From: Dehalococcoidia bacterium
GTDB taxonomy: Bacteria > Chloroflexota > Dehalococcoidia > Lucifugimonadales > QGNO01
Direction of reading: 5' to 3'
DNA: 64,000 nt
Assembly (NCBI GenBank): GCA_034422935.1
Contig: DAOUJH010000004.1
Location: forward strand, 5,269 to 69,268
Shown here: piece by piece, positions 38,693-46,729 of the stretch
How positions within the stretch are numbered: the first letter of the stretch is position 1
How the letters are laid out: each line of letters starts with the position of its first letter
The notes under the pieces: model-generated
Told to the model about the DNA's origin: nothing
The model's input: only the letters and a program-made list of their open reading frames with translations
Databases searched by the model: none
Made by a program: the position numbers and the translations under genes

Positions 38693-38721
38693 TTGCCAGT
38701 CTTGCCCAATTTCCATATAAT
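38693..38721 (+). promoter_or_regulatory. candidate sigma-70-type promoter for the ferredoxin operon (TTGCCA-N17-TATAAT)
   Basis: Hexamers at 38693-38698 and 38716-38721 with an exact 17-nt spacer. An AAGGAG Shine-Dalgarno sequence precedes the ATG at 38773. Confidence 0.55.
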
Positions 38722-38772
38722 TGCTTCCCAACTGATACTTAATAGCAACTAGCTAACTAAGGAGTCGTCGTA

Positions 38773-39066
38773 ATGACCTATATCATCGCAGAGCCGTGCG
38801 TTGACGTAAAAGACCTGTCCTGCGTGGACGTCTGTCCCGTCGACTGTATCTACGGCGCCGACGACCCTGACGACCGGATGCTGTACATCCACCCTGACGA
38901 GTGCATAGACTGCGCCGCCTGCGAGCCCGTCTGCCCGGTCAACGCCATCTTTGCCGAGGACGACGTTCCTGAGCATTGGGCAGGCTGGACACCCGTAAAC
39001 TACGACTACTTCAAGGATGTCGCGGCGGCTAGAGCCATGGTGGACGATCTCAAGCCCCGCGAGTAG
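38773..39066 (+). CDS. fdxA: 7Fe-type ferredoxin
   Basis: '[27 protein letters not shown]' and '[17 protein letters not shown]' are the cluster motifs. Confidence 0.85.
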   Translation: MTYIIAEPCVDVKDLSCVDVCPVDCIYGADDPDDRMLYIHPDECIDCAACEPVCPVNAIFAEDDVPEHWAGWTPVNYDYFKDVAAARAMVDDLKPRE

Positions 39067-39077
39067 CCCGGCCGTCC

Positions 39078-39371
39078 ATGACCGGCCCCATACCCCAACC
39101 CGTAGACGTTAAGCTTCTAGCGGACGGCGTCCACATCCACTGGGAGGATGGCCACGACACCGTTCTTGAGTACCGCTACCTGCGTTCCCAGTGCGGATGC
39201 GCCGTTTGCGTAAATGAGATGACCGGACAGAGGCTCATCACCATCGCGGATATACGCAGTGACGTGGTGGCGCTGGACTGGATGCAGATTGGTCGCTACG
39301 CCATACGCTTCCTCTGGAGCGACCTCCACGACACCGGCATCTACCCGTTCGTAGTCCTTCGCGCTCTCTGA
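39078..39371 (+). CDS. DUF971 (gamma-butyrobetaine hydroxylase-like N-terminal domain) protein
   Basis: 'HIHWEDGHDTVLEYRYLRSQCGCAVC' and 'IRFLWSDLHDTGIYPF'. Confidence 0.75.
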   Translation: MTGPIPQPVDVKLLADGVHIHWEDGHDTVLEYRYLRSQCGCAVCVNEMTGQRLITIADIRSDVVALDWMQIGRYAIRFLWSDLHDTGIYPFVVLRAL

Positions 39372-39466
39372 ACCTGCGGCGAATTGCGCTCCCTCCCCTC
39401 CTCTACCCGGCACGATCCGTAGTGGTCTGGTAGAATCCGCCCATCTCTTTCAGCGAGGTGAAACGC

Positions 39467-40561
39467 ATGAAAGCCGCAGTTCTCTGGGAAGTAGGACAGC
39501 CCCTGTCCGTAGAAGAGGTCGAGTTGGACCCGCCAAAGGCTGGCGAAGTCCACGTCAAAGTAGGCGCCGCCGGCATATGCCGCAGCGACCTTCACGTAAT
39601 GCACGGCGCTGCCGCCGCCAGATTGCCGGTAGTACTTGGCCACGAAGGCGCAGGCACCGTCATCGATGTGGGAGAAGGTGTCACCTCCGTAAAGCCAGGC
39701 CAGCGCGTCATCCTCTCCTTTGTCCCCAACTGCGGACGCTGCTTCTTCTGCCTCTCCGGGAGAGCCAACCTATGCGACGCTCACGCCGCCGCCGGCGCTT
39801 TTCTCTACGACGGCACCACGCGTCTTCACAAGGGCGACCAGCGCATCATGCACATGGGCAAGGTGGCCTGCTTTGCCCAGGAAACCGTTGTCCCTGAGAC
39901 CGGCTGCATACCGGTTGGAGACGACGTTCCATTGCCGGTAGCCGCATTCATCGGGTGCTGCGTAACCACAGGGGTCGGAGCCGCCATGTACACCGCCAAG
40001 ATATCGCCGGGCCAAACGGTGGCCGTGATTGGCGTGGGCGGCGTGGGGCTCAACGTGGTGCAGGGAGCGCGCCTGCTGAACGCATCCAAGATCATCGCTG
40101 TGGACATCAATGAAGGGAAGCTGGAGTTCGCCGCCCGCTTTGGCGCTACTCACACGGTCAACCCCACCATGCAAGACCCCGTGGAGCGCATCCGCGAAAT
40201 CACGGAAGGACTGGGCGCGGACTTCGTCTTTGAAGCGTTCGGTTCCACGGAAACAACGTCGCAGGCCTATAACGCCGTTCGCAAGGGCGGCACCGCCGTA
40301 ATCGTCGGGTTGGCCCCTATCGGGGAGCTCTCCGGCATAGAGGCGATGTCCATTGTGCGGCAGGAGAAGACCATCAAGGGCAGCTATTACGGCGGCTCAC
40401 GCCCCTACATAGACATGCCGACCATGGTGGAGCTGTACCGCTCGGGCAAGATAGACGTCGATTCCATCGCCACCCGCCAATACAAGCTGGACGATATCAA
40501 CAAGGCCTATGATGACCTTGAGCAAGGCGACGTGGGGCGCGGCGTGATAACGGAGTTTTAG
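39467..40561 (+). CDS. zinc-dependent alcohol dehydrogenase (class III-like)
   Basis: 'MKAAVLWEVGQPLSVEEVELDPPKAGEVHVKVGAAGICRSDLH ... GHEGAGTV' and 'VIGVGGVGLN'. ATG at 39467 has a GAGGTG Shine-Dalgarno sequence; the track starts at GTG 39458. Confidence 0.85.
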   Translation: MKAAVLWEVGQPLSVEEVELDPPKAGEVHVKVGAAGICRSDLHVMHGAAAARLPVVLGHEGAGTVIDVGEGVTSVKPGQRVILSFVPNCGRCFFCLSGRANLCDAHAAAGAFLYDGTTRLHKGDQRIMHMGKVACFAQETVVPETGCIPVGDDVPLPVAAFIGCCVTTGVGAAMYTAKISPGQTVAVIGVGGVGLNVVQGARLLNASKIIAVDINEGKLEFAARFGATHTVNPTMQDPVERIREITEGLGADFVFEAFGSTETTSQAYNAVRKGGTAVIVGLAPIGELSGIEAMSIVRQEKTIKGSYYGGSRPYIDMPTMVELYRSGKIDVDSIATRQYKLDDINKAYDDLEQGDVGRGVITEF

Positions 40562-40566
40562 GGGGG

Positions 40567-41151
40567 TTGGACCCTAATTGGTTTGGTGACTCCTACGACA
40601 TCGTAAAGCGGAGTTTGCTTCAGTGGCTCTCTGAGTGTGGAACTTGGGCCGTTCATCCCATGTTCAGCAACTCTGTATGCCCGGCCTTCGCAGAGGAGTT
40701 TTCATCCTTTCTGGGGTTGTCGCTTGTAACAACCGCACCTGTCCCCGCGCAATCAGATAGGGAAAGTTACTTTGAATGCGCCATAGCCTGGCGTTCCACA
40801 GACCACCTGTTTTTTGATCCTGACACAGGGGTCTCCTTACCAGGAAGCACAACCACAAAAAAGCATCTTAAAGCCGAAGAACTGGCGAAAATCGTCAACG
40901 GACGCCGTGGCAAGCTTGCACTGGTCTACGACCAGAGCTTTTCATATAGCAGCGTAGACGACAAAATTCTTAGAATCAAGGAAAAGCTGACTCTTCTCAG
41001 GGAGCACGGCATATACGGCCTTGTGTACTCCTCTCACGCAAACTTCATTCTAGCGTCTTCAGACGAGAAGGTTCTGAGTGATGCGGAGACTATTCTTAGA
41101 GAAGCATCAAGGCTACCGAGTAATCGCTTCATCACCTATAGGGACTTGTGA
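40567..41151 (+). CDS. hypothetical protein (194 aa)
   Basis: TTG start 6 nt after adh, with AT-richer composition. Motifs are 'FGDSYDIVKRSLLQWL', 'LFFDPDTGV' and 'LALVYDQSF'. Function unknown. Confidence 0.5.
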   Translation: MDPNWFGDSYDIVKRSLLQWLSECGTWAVHPMFSNSVCPAFAEEFSSFLGLSLVTTAPVPAQSDRESYFECAIAWRSTDHLFFDPDTGVSLPGSTTTKKHLKAEELAKIVNGRRGKLALVYDQSFSYSSVDDKILRIKEKLTLLREHGIYGLVYSSHANFILASSDEKVLSDAETILREASRLPSNRFITYRDL

Positions 41152-41203
41152 CCTTACGGCTGAGTTTAGTCCAAGTATGATGGTGGTGGTTAGAGGGCAA
41201 CGG

Positions 41204-41267
41204 CTTTGGATTCTTCACTGCACTGCGTTACGTTCAGAAAGACAGTTGGGCGCTCAGGATGACAGTG
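41204..41267 (+). repeat. R3-type hairpin repeat unit plus a partial second unit
   Basis: 'ctttggattcttcactgcactgcgttacgttcagaaagacag' is followed by 'ttgggcgctcaggatgacagtg'. Confidence 0.6.
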
Positions 41268-41275
41268 TGTCGGCC

Positions 41276-41554
41276 TCATCTTTTCTCGGTCAGGCGACCG
41301 GACAGGTACTTGTGGATGACGCTGGACAGCAAGGTCTGATAGGGTATCCCCTCTTCCCTGGCCCGAGAGTGAGCTAGCATGAAGTCCCGCTCCGTGACCC
41401 GCAGGTTCACCCGTTTGGTTTTGTTGAACGTGTTGCGCGCCGCCTGGCGGGCCGCTTCCATCTCTTGTTCACCACCGGGGGCAGATCGCAATTCGCCTCG
41501 CTCGAACTTATCGAGAAGATCCCGTTCTTCTGTACTCAGTTTGTCGTTAGTCAT
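41276..41554 (-). CDS. CopG/RHH-family antitoxin-like protein (BrnA-like)
   Basis: 'LSTEERDLLDKFERGELRS ... KRVNLRVTERDFMLAHSRAREEGIPYQTLLSSVIHKYLSGRL'. Start set at Met23 (41554). The track ORF extends to 41620. Confidence 0.65.
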   Translation of the reverse strand: MTNDKLSTEERDLLDKFERGELRSAPGGEQEMEAARQAARNTFNKTKRVNLRVTERDFMLAHSRAREEGIPYQTLLSSVIHKYLSGRLTEKR

Positions 41555-41620
41555 GACAGTTCCATTATCGCACGATGTGTGCATATTGGCAGCAATGACA
41601 GTGTTGGGTTCAGCCCGCAA

Positions 41621-43108
41621 TCAGCGAGAAAGACGGGTCAGCTGTCTGCGCAGCGAGTATTCGTGGTGCTCACCGCTGGCGCCTGAACCGCGTCCGTAGT
41701 AGCGCCATAGCGGGAAGTTGAAGTCGGAGGTGATCGACCTGGGCAGTAGCAGGACAGCCCTGAGGAACGATTCCAAGTCCGGCACGTTGTAGATGTTCAC
41801 CTCGTAGCCCCACACGTCCAGCTGATCGAGTATCTTCCTCTTCTTGGCCGCGTGCCAGTCCAGCGAGAACCTGTTGATGCCCCATCCGGCAAAGGTCTGC
41901 AACAGCTCCTTGGCCTTCTCTGGCAGGGCAACTATCAGAGGAGCTATGAAGTCTATGGAGCATTGCAGGATGGCGTTGGGGAAAGCCGCCGCTGCGGCAC
42001 GGAACCCCTCTTCCCCGAGCGCTTCTATTTCACTGTTGATCCATAGACGGGAATCGTCAATGTCCATGGCTTTCACTATCTCCAGGACTCCGGCCAAAGT
42101 GCCGCCATTCTCCTTCAAGTCCAGCTTGATGGACTTGCCGAACCGGTCCATAGCCTCTAAGGCTTCCTCCAGGTGAATGAACCGCTCCCCTTCCGAGGCC
42201 GGCGTGGTATCGAAAGAATCGTGGCGCAGAATGGCGTCCTTTTGAGATGGGTCGGACCGCACGTCCATCTCGCCCCAGACCACGTTGGAGGCGAGGAACT
42301 GGCGCAGGTTGGCCTCGTCGTTGACTCCGTGCCAGACAAACTGGATGTGCTGGGGCAAGGCCGGTTCGTGGGCCAGCTCCGTAAGGTCGTAGGTCTTGCC
42401 GCTAACCGAACGCCGCGGCAGGCGGTTGCGCTTGGAATGAAAGATGGTGTCGGCGTGAAGAAGCAGGATATCGTCGTCTCCGCACTCCCGTGAAACCGCA
42501 TCCAGGTTGGCAGGCTCGTTGTCCACGAAGGCAAATACGCGGTACCCGGCCTCTTGGAAACGCCTCACGCCATTGACCTTGGACTCCTCTATCAACTGGT
42601 TCCAGCCGGCGGAATTCATATAGAGCAGATCGTTGCTGAAGGAGACTTTGTACTCTTCACCGAGCCGGTTTAGAGAGCATAGCGTCTCGGAACGTATCTC
42701 CTCAGGCCTCCCCGTATTCAGACCCACGTACGTGTTGGGCTGGATCTGGAACCACCGCATCACCTCAATCACCCCGGAGAACGGACGGTGCGACTCCAGT
42801 ATTGCGTTTGACGTCCAGCGAGTATCAAGATACCACCGGTTTATCTCCTCCGCTTTGCCCGATGGGATGCCCAGCTTTTCAAGCAAAGGGGCCACCTGGT
42901 TCTCGTGGTTTCTGATATCAGAAAAGCGCAGGTCCTCAAGGTATTCGGAGGAGTGGTGTTGGTCGTAGGACTTGAGCACGTGGAATATCATGTGCCGCAT
43001 ATCCAGAATAGTGCCGTCTATGTCAAAGAGGATAAGGAGCTTATCCTCTGGGTAGCGACTCCTCATATTGTCGTAATGAAGAGCCAGTTTTTTCATCCAT
43101 TTAGCCAT
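41621..43108 (-). CDS. fusion protein: N-terminal HAD-like phosphatase plus C-terminal PLC/GDPD-like (menorin/DUF2181-like) phosphodiesterase
   Basis: HAD motifs 'LILFDIDGTILD', 'VGLNTGRPE' and 'FAFVDNEPANL'. The C-terminal 'FVWHGVNDEANLRQFLASNVVWGEMDVRSD ... ILRHDSF' resembles the GDPD/PLC-like TIM-barrel pattern. Confidence 0.6.
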   Translation of the reverse strand: MAKWMKKLALHYDNMRSRYPEDKLLILFDIDGTILDMRHMIFHVLKSYDQHHSSEYLEDLRFSDIRNHENQVAPLLEKLGIPSGKAEEINRWYLDTRWTSNAILESHRPFSGVIEVMRWFQIQPNTYVGLNTGRPEEIRSETLCSLNRLGEEYKVSFSNDLLYMNSAGWNQLIEESKVNGVRRFQEAGYRVFAFVDNEPANLDAVSRECGDDDILLLHADTIFHSKRNRLPRRSVSGKTYDLTELAHEPALPQHIQFVWHGVNDEANLRQFLASNVVWGEMDVRSDPSQKDAILRHDSFDTTPASEGERFIHLEEALEAMDRFGKSIKLDLKENGGTLAGVLEIVKAMDIDDSRLWINSEIEALGEEGFRAAAAAFPNAILQCSIDFIAPLIVALPEKAKELLQTFAGWGINRFSLDWHAAKKRKILDQLDVWGYEVNIYNVPDLESFLRAVLLLPRSITSDFNFPLWRYYGRGSGASGEHHEYSLRRQLTRLSR

Positions 43109-43269
43109 ATTCGGTTTTAGAATCCTCTGCTGATAGGACTACAATTACATCGTAGAGGAACAAGGTTAATGACGGTTTAAGGGTGGGTTAAGGATGGATT
43201 CGATTTGGACGAGCGGTTATATTTCAAATAGTTCTCATCGGCCGCTGCCATGCCGGTTTGACGCTGAAC

Positions 43270-44562
43270 CTAACCCTGGCAGAGACGCTGCAAAAGATGA
43301 CTTTCGTTGAACGCCTCGTTCCCCCGCGCTCGTATGCACGGGGTGTTGTCACCGTATACTTCAGAGTTGGGGTCGGCACCTCCGTCCAGCAATGCCTCTA
43401 CTACTTCCAGGCGACTCTGATGTATGGCAATCAGCAAAGGTGTGCGATTGTACTGATCAACGGCTTCGGTGTCCGCGCCGTGGCGCACCAATAGCGCTAC
43501 CAGTTCCGGGCGGGCATTCCAAGCCGCTGCGTGAAGAGGTGTTTGCATCTGACTGTCCTCGACATTGATTTCAGCCCCCCGGTCTATTAGCGAGGCCGTG
43601 ATATCAAACCCGTCGCCATAAGCGGCATCATGCAGAAGAGTCCAGCCGTTCTCATTGCTGACATTGGCGTCAGCCCCGGCTTCGAGCAACACCTCCACTA
43701 TTGCTGCGTTCTTGTCGACTATAGCCCAATACAGGGGCGTGTCTCCATGTTCGATCCCAACGTTGGGATTCGCGCCTCGGTCAAGGAACAACTCGGCCAT
43801 CGCCAAGTCATTATTGAATACCGTCCAATACAGGGGAGTCCTCCGTTGAAACTCGGCCTCAGTGTTCGCACCACGATCTAGGAGGGCCATGACTACTTCC
43901 CGCTCATTGGACCTTGCGGCTTCGTGTAGAGGTGTTTCGCCCCCAAACCTGGCAGCATCGATATCTGCGCCTCCATCAAGCAGAGCCTCTACCACTGCCG
44001 GATTGGGATTCTCCGCTGCCGCGGAATGCAACGGCGTGGCATCCATGGAATTCCTTTCATTGACATCGGCCCCGCCCTCGAGCAGCGCCTGCACTACCGT
44101 TGCATTGGGATTCTGGGCCGCCGCCAAATGCAAGGGTGTAGCGTTGAGCCAATCGTCGGCGTTAACGTCTGCGCCTCCATCAAGCAGCACTTCCACCATC
44201 GCCGGGTTGACGTTCCGGGCCGCTGCCAAATGCAACGGAGTAGCACCATTTTGGGCGCTTAGAGTCACGTCCGCCCCCTGCTCGATTAACAACACTGCTA
44301 CTGCCGGATCTTTATTCTGGGCCGCTACCAAGTGCAACGGGGTGGCGCCGTCCTCATCTTTGGCATTTATGTCAGCTCCTTCTCTCATCAGTTCCTCGAC
44401 CTCCTGCGGCGAGCCTGTGGCCGCTGAACTATGTAGAAGTTTTGTGGAACTTGAACCGGAGTCTGTAGAGTCATTCCCTCTCTTGGGGACTATTCCGCAT
44501 GTGACGACAATGGCCAGGGATAAGACCACGGCGATTATTAAGGCTGATACGGCAATCTTCAT
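43270..44562 (-). CDS. secreted or membrane-anchored ankyrin-repeat protein (about 11 ANK repeats)
   Basis: N-terminal 'MKIAVSALIIAVVLSLAIVVTCG' is followed by repeated 'GADxNAxDxxGxTPLHxAA' units. Confidence 0.85.
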   Translation of the reverse strand: MKIAVSALIIAVVLSLAIVVTCGIVPKRGNDSTDSGSSSTKLLHSSAATGSPQEVEELMREGADINAKDEDGATPLHLVAAQNKDPAVAVLLIEQGADVTLSAQNGATPLHLAAARNVNPAMVEVLLDGGADVNADDWLNATPLHLAAAQNPNATVVQALLEGGADVNERNSMDATPLHSAAAENPNPAVVEALLDGGADIDAARFGGETPLHEAARSNEREVVMALLDRGANTEAEFQRRTPLYWTVFNNDLAMAELFLDRGANPNVGIEHGDTPLYWAIVDKNAAIVEVLLEAGADANVSNENGWTLLHDAAYGDGFDITASLIDRGAEINVEDSQMQTPLHAAAWNARPELVALLVRHGADTEAVDQYNRTPLLIAIHQSRLEVVEALLDGGADPNSEVYGDNTPCIRARGNEAFNESHLLQRLCQG

Positions 44563-44565
44563 GAT

Positions 44566-45402
44566 TCATCCCCTGAACATGCGCTTTAGCCTGTCGATCA
44601 AAGCGCCGCCCTTGGCGGCATTGCCTATCCTGGCGATCACTACGGTTACGTTGTCGGAGCCTCCGTGCTCGTTTGCCATGTCCACCAGCGTTTTGGCCGC
44701 TTCCGGCGGCGGTTGTGTCTGCAGAACCCCGGATATCTCCTCGTCGGCCACGAGACCGTGGAGGCCGTCCGAGCAGATCAGGACGGTGTCCCCTTCCTGC
44801 ACCGGCAGTGCCAGCACGTCGACATTCACCTGCGGCGTCGTGCCTATGGCCCTGGTCAGCATGTTCCTTCCGGGGTGAGTACGCGCCGCGTCACGCGTAA
44901 GGTGGCCTCTCCGTATCTCTTCCTCGGCCCAGTTGTGATCGGAGCTTGGCTGGTGGAGCTGACCCCCGCGCAGCAGGTATACCCTGCTGTCTCCCACGTG
45001 ACCGATGACAAGGGAAGACCCGGCCACCATTGCGACCGTGAGCGTGGTCCCCATGCCTCGTGTTTCCGGCTTGATAGCGGCGTGAAACACGTCGAGGTTC
45101 AGGGCGTGCATCGCTTCACCCAGCAGGCCGGCGCGCTGCCCGTCATCCAAGGCTTGTTGCTTGTCCGCCTCTTGCAGGTGGCTTAGCAGCCTCTCTATGG
45201 CCAAGGCAGAGGCCACGTCGCCCGCGGGACGCCCTCCCATGCCGTCGGCCACGGCGAGCAAGGCGTCGCTTCCCAGCGGGGCATCGGGCGCCAGCAGAGC
45301 GCAGAAGGAGTCCTGGTTGGAGCTCCGCACTTTGCCGACGTGCGTCTCATATCCCAGCGCGGTAACCACTCCCCTACTCTGCTTGCTTGGCCTAGCCTTC
45401 AA
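44566..45402 (-). CDS. PP2C-family Ser/Thr protein phosphatase
   Basis: 'GKVRSSNQDSF', 'AVADGMGG', 'GHVGDSRVYL' and 'LICSDGLHGLV'. Confidence 0.85.
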   Translation of the reverse strand: MKARPSKQSRGVVTALGYETHVGKVRSSNQDSFCALLAPDAPLGSDALLAVADGMGGRPAGDVASALAIERLLSHLQEADKQQALDDGQRAGLLGEAMHALNLDVFHAAIKPETRGMGTTLTVAMVAGSSLVIGHVGDSRVYLLRGGQLHQPSSDHNWAEEEIRRGHLTRDAARTHPGRNMLTRAIGTTPQVNVDVLALPVQEGDTVLICSDGLHGLVADEEISGVLQTQPPPEAAKTLVDMANEHGGSDNVTVVIARIGNAAKGGALIDRLKRMFRG

Positions 45403-45440
45403 GATTCGTGTTCCCCTAAGAGTGGTCTGAAGAAGTCAAA

Positions 45441-45508
45441 TGTCACTCCCGAGAAGTCGGGAGTCCACACCCGGACCGCTTGGATTCCCGTCTGCACGGG
45501 AATGACGG
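45441..45508 (+). repeat. two-hairpin repeat element, copy 1
   Basis: 'gtcactcccgagaagtcgggagtccacac' + 8 nt + 'cttggattcccgtctgcacgggaatgacgg'. The same two-unit order occurs at 63705-63796. Confidence 0.65.
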
Positions 45509-45556
45509 CGGGCGGTATCAGGCGAGATGGTCATGTTGCGACTTGTCAGAGTCTTC

Positions 45557-46489
45557 CTAGCTCCTCAGCAGGTACCGCTTGGGGAACTTGGCCACTACCG
45601 AATAGAGGGTGTCGACCATGTTGGCCAAGCGCACCCTGGCTACCTGGGAGCACAGCTGGTATACGGCAATGCGGTCGAAGCCGTAGTCCGCTGACAGCCA
45701 GGTGACGAGGTCGTAGAAGGCGATGCGGGCGGCGTCTTCCATGGGCCTGGCGCTGCCTATCGACATCAGGTATTCGTCGTTTTCCACGCGTGGCGTGGGA
45801 GTGGCCTTGCCCTTGACCACGTCCACGGTCAGCGTGCCGGTGGTGGGAATCTCCACCGCCGAGCCGCAGACCTCGGCGTCTCCCTGGGCGGCGTGGCCGT
45901 CGCCCAGGTAAAGCAGCGCGCCCTTGTGGTGTACGGGCAGGTACACGGTGTTGCCGGGACAGACGTCGGCGGCGTCCATGTTGCCGCCGTGGAAGCCCGG
46001 AGACAGCGTTGAGATGGCTTCGACGAGGGGGGCGGTGCCGATGGTGCCGTAGAACGGTTCGATGGGTATGAGGGGTATGTCCAGGTTATCGTCGTGGATT
46101 ACGCCCTCTTCAGTGATGCGGTGAATCAGGATGCGAGGCTCCAAAGGCTGGTTGAGCACGCGCGTCCAGACCGTGCCGCAAACGCCGCCGAATTCGGGCG
46201 CTATGATGCTCGCTCCGTAGTCGCGGGGAATCTTGATATCGTCGATGCGAACGGCCAGCGTATCTCCCGGCTCCGCGCCGTCGACGTAGATGGGCCCGGT
46301 GCAGGGGTTGACGTAAGGCATCTGTATCACGTCGCCGAGGTTGACGTCGGCGGAGTGGAGCTTGTCGCCAAAAGCGTCCTTGGTGGTGATCTGGAAGGTC
46401 TGGCCCGCCTGAACGGTGGCTATCGGCTCCTGATACGGCCCCATTACGTAGGGCAGCTTGTCTTCTGGCGGCGGCATGATGTGGAGCAT
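45557..46489 (-). CDS. acetamidase/formamidase-family amidohydrolase
   Basis: 'NPCTGPIYVDGAEPGDTLAVRIDDI' and 'GGNMD' are typical of the FmdA/AmdA family. Confidence 0.85.
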   Translation of the reverse strand: MLHIMPPPEDKLPYVMGPYQEPIATVQAGQTFQITTKDAFGDKLHSADVNLGDVIQMPYVNPCTGPIYVDGAEPGDTLAVRIDDIKIPRDYGASIIAPEFGGVCGTVWTRVLNQPLEPRILIHRITEEGVIHDDNLDIPLIPIEPFYGTIGTAPLVEAISTLSPGFHGGNMDAADVCPGNTVYLPVHHKGALLYLGDGHAAQGDAEVCGSAVEIPTTGTLTVDVVKGKATPTPRVENDEYLMSIGSARPMEDAARIAFYDLVTWLSADYGFDRIAVYQLCSQVARVRLANMVDTLYSVVAKFPKRYLLRS

Positions 46490-46579
46490 TGCAGAACCCT
46501 CCCCCGTGAAGTTGGCTGCATGTTAGCGGACGGACAAGCAAACAGGCAAGGCGGGCAAGAGGGCAGGCTCGCAACAACT

Positions 46580-46689
46580 GTCGTTCTGAGAGGAGCGCCG
46601 CGGAGCGAAGAACCCAAGGCCGTGGCACGCAAAACTAGGGTTGTCCTGGAATGAACCGCCTTGGATTCTTCGCTGCGCTCAGAATGACG
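46580..46689. repeat. composite element, copy B: two inverted R3 hairpin units flanking a ~40-nt core
   Basis: 'gtcgttctgagaggagcgccgcggagcgaagaacccaagg' + 39 nt + 'ccttggattcttcgctgcgctcagaatgacg'. Its architecture and core fragments ('cgcaaa', 'aaccgcc') match 9382-9485. Confidence 0.7.
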
Positions 46690-46729
46690 AAAAGAGGTTC
46701 AGATGACGTCAGGGGCCGCTTGAGCTGGG

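Noticed and set aside
41621-41623. In-frame TGA joining the 495-aa HAD/PLC ORF to the RHH ORF, as a possible selenocysteine or read-through site
   Set aside because: No Cys-type redox motif surrounds it. The last ~25 residues before it look like non-domain tail. The RHH protein has its own plausible start (Met23). Same-frame adjacency has a one-in-three chance.
44560-44568. PP2C and ankyrin ORFs in the same frame, separated by TGA plus one codon, as a possible fusion or read-through
   Set aside because: The ankyrin protein begins with its own signal or anchor sequence, which would be nonsensical internally. This is interpreted as translational coupling.
43862-44878. 338-aa plus-strand ORF
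   Set aside because: It is antisense to the ankyrin and PP2C genes. Its periodic 'APPSSS' content mirrors the ANK repeats on the opposite strand.
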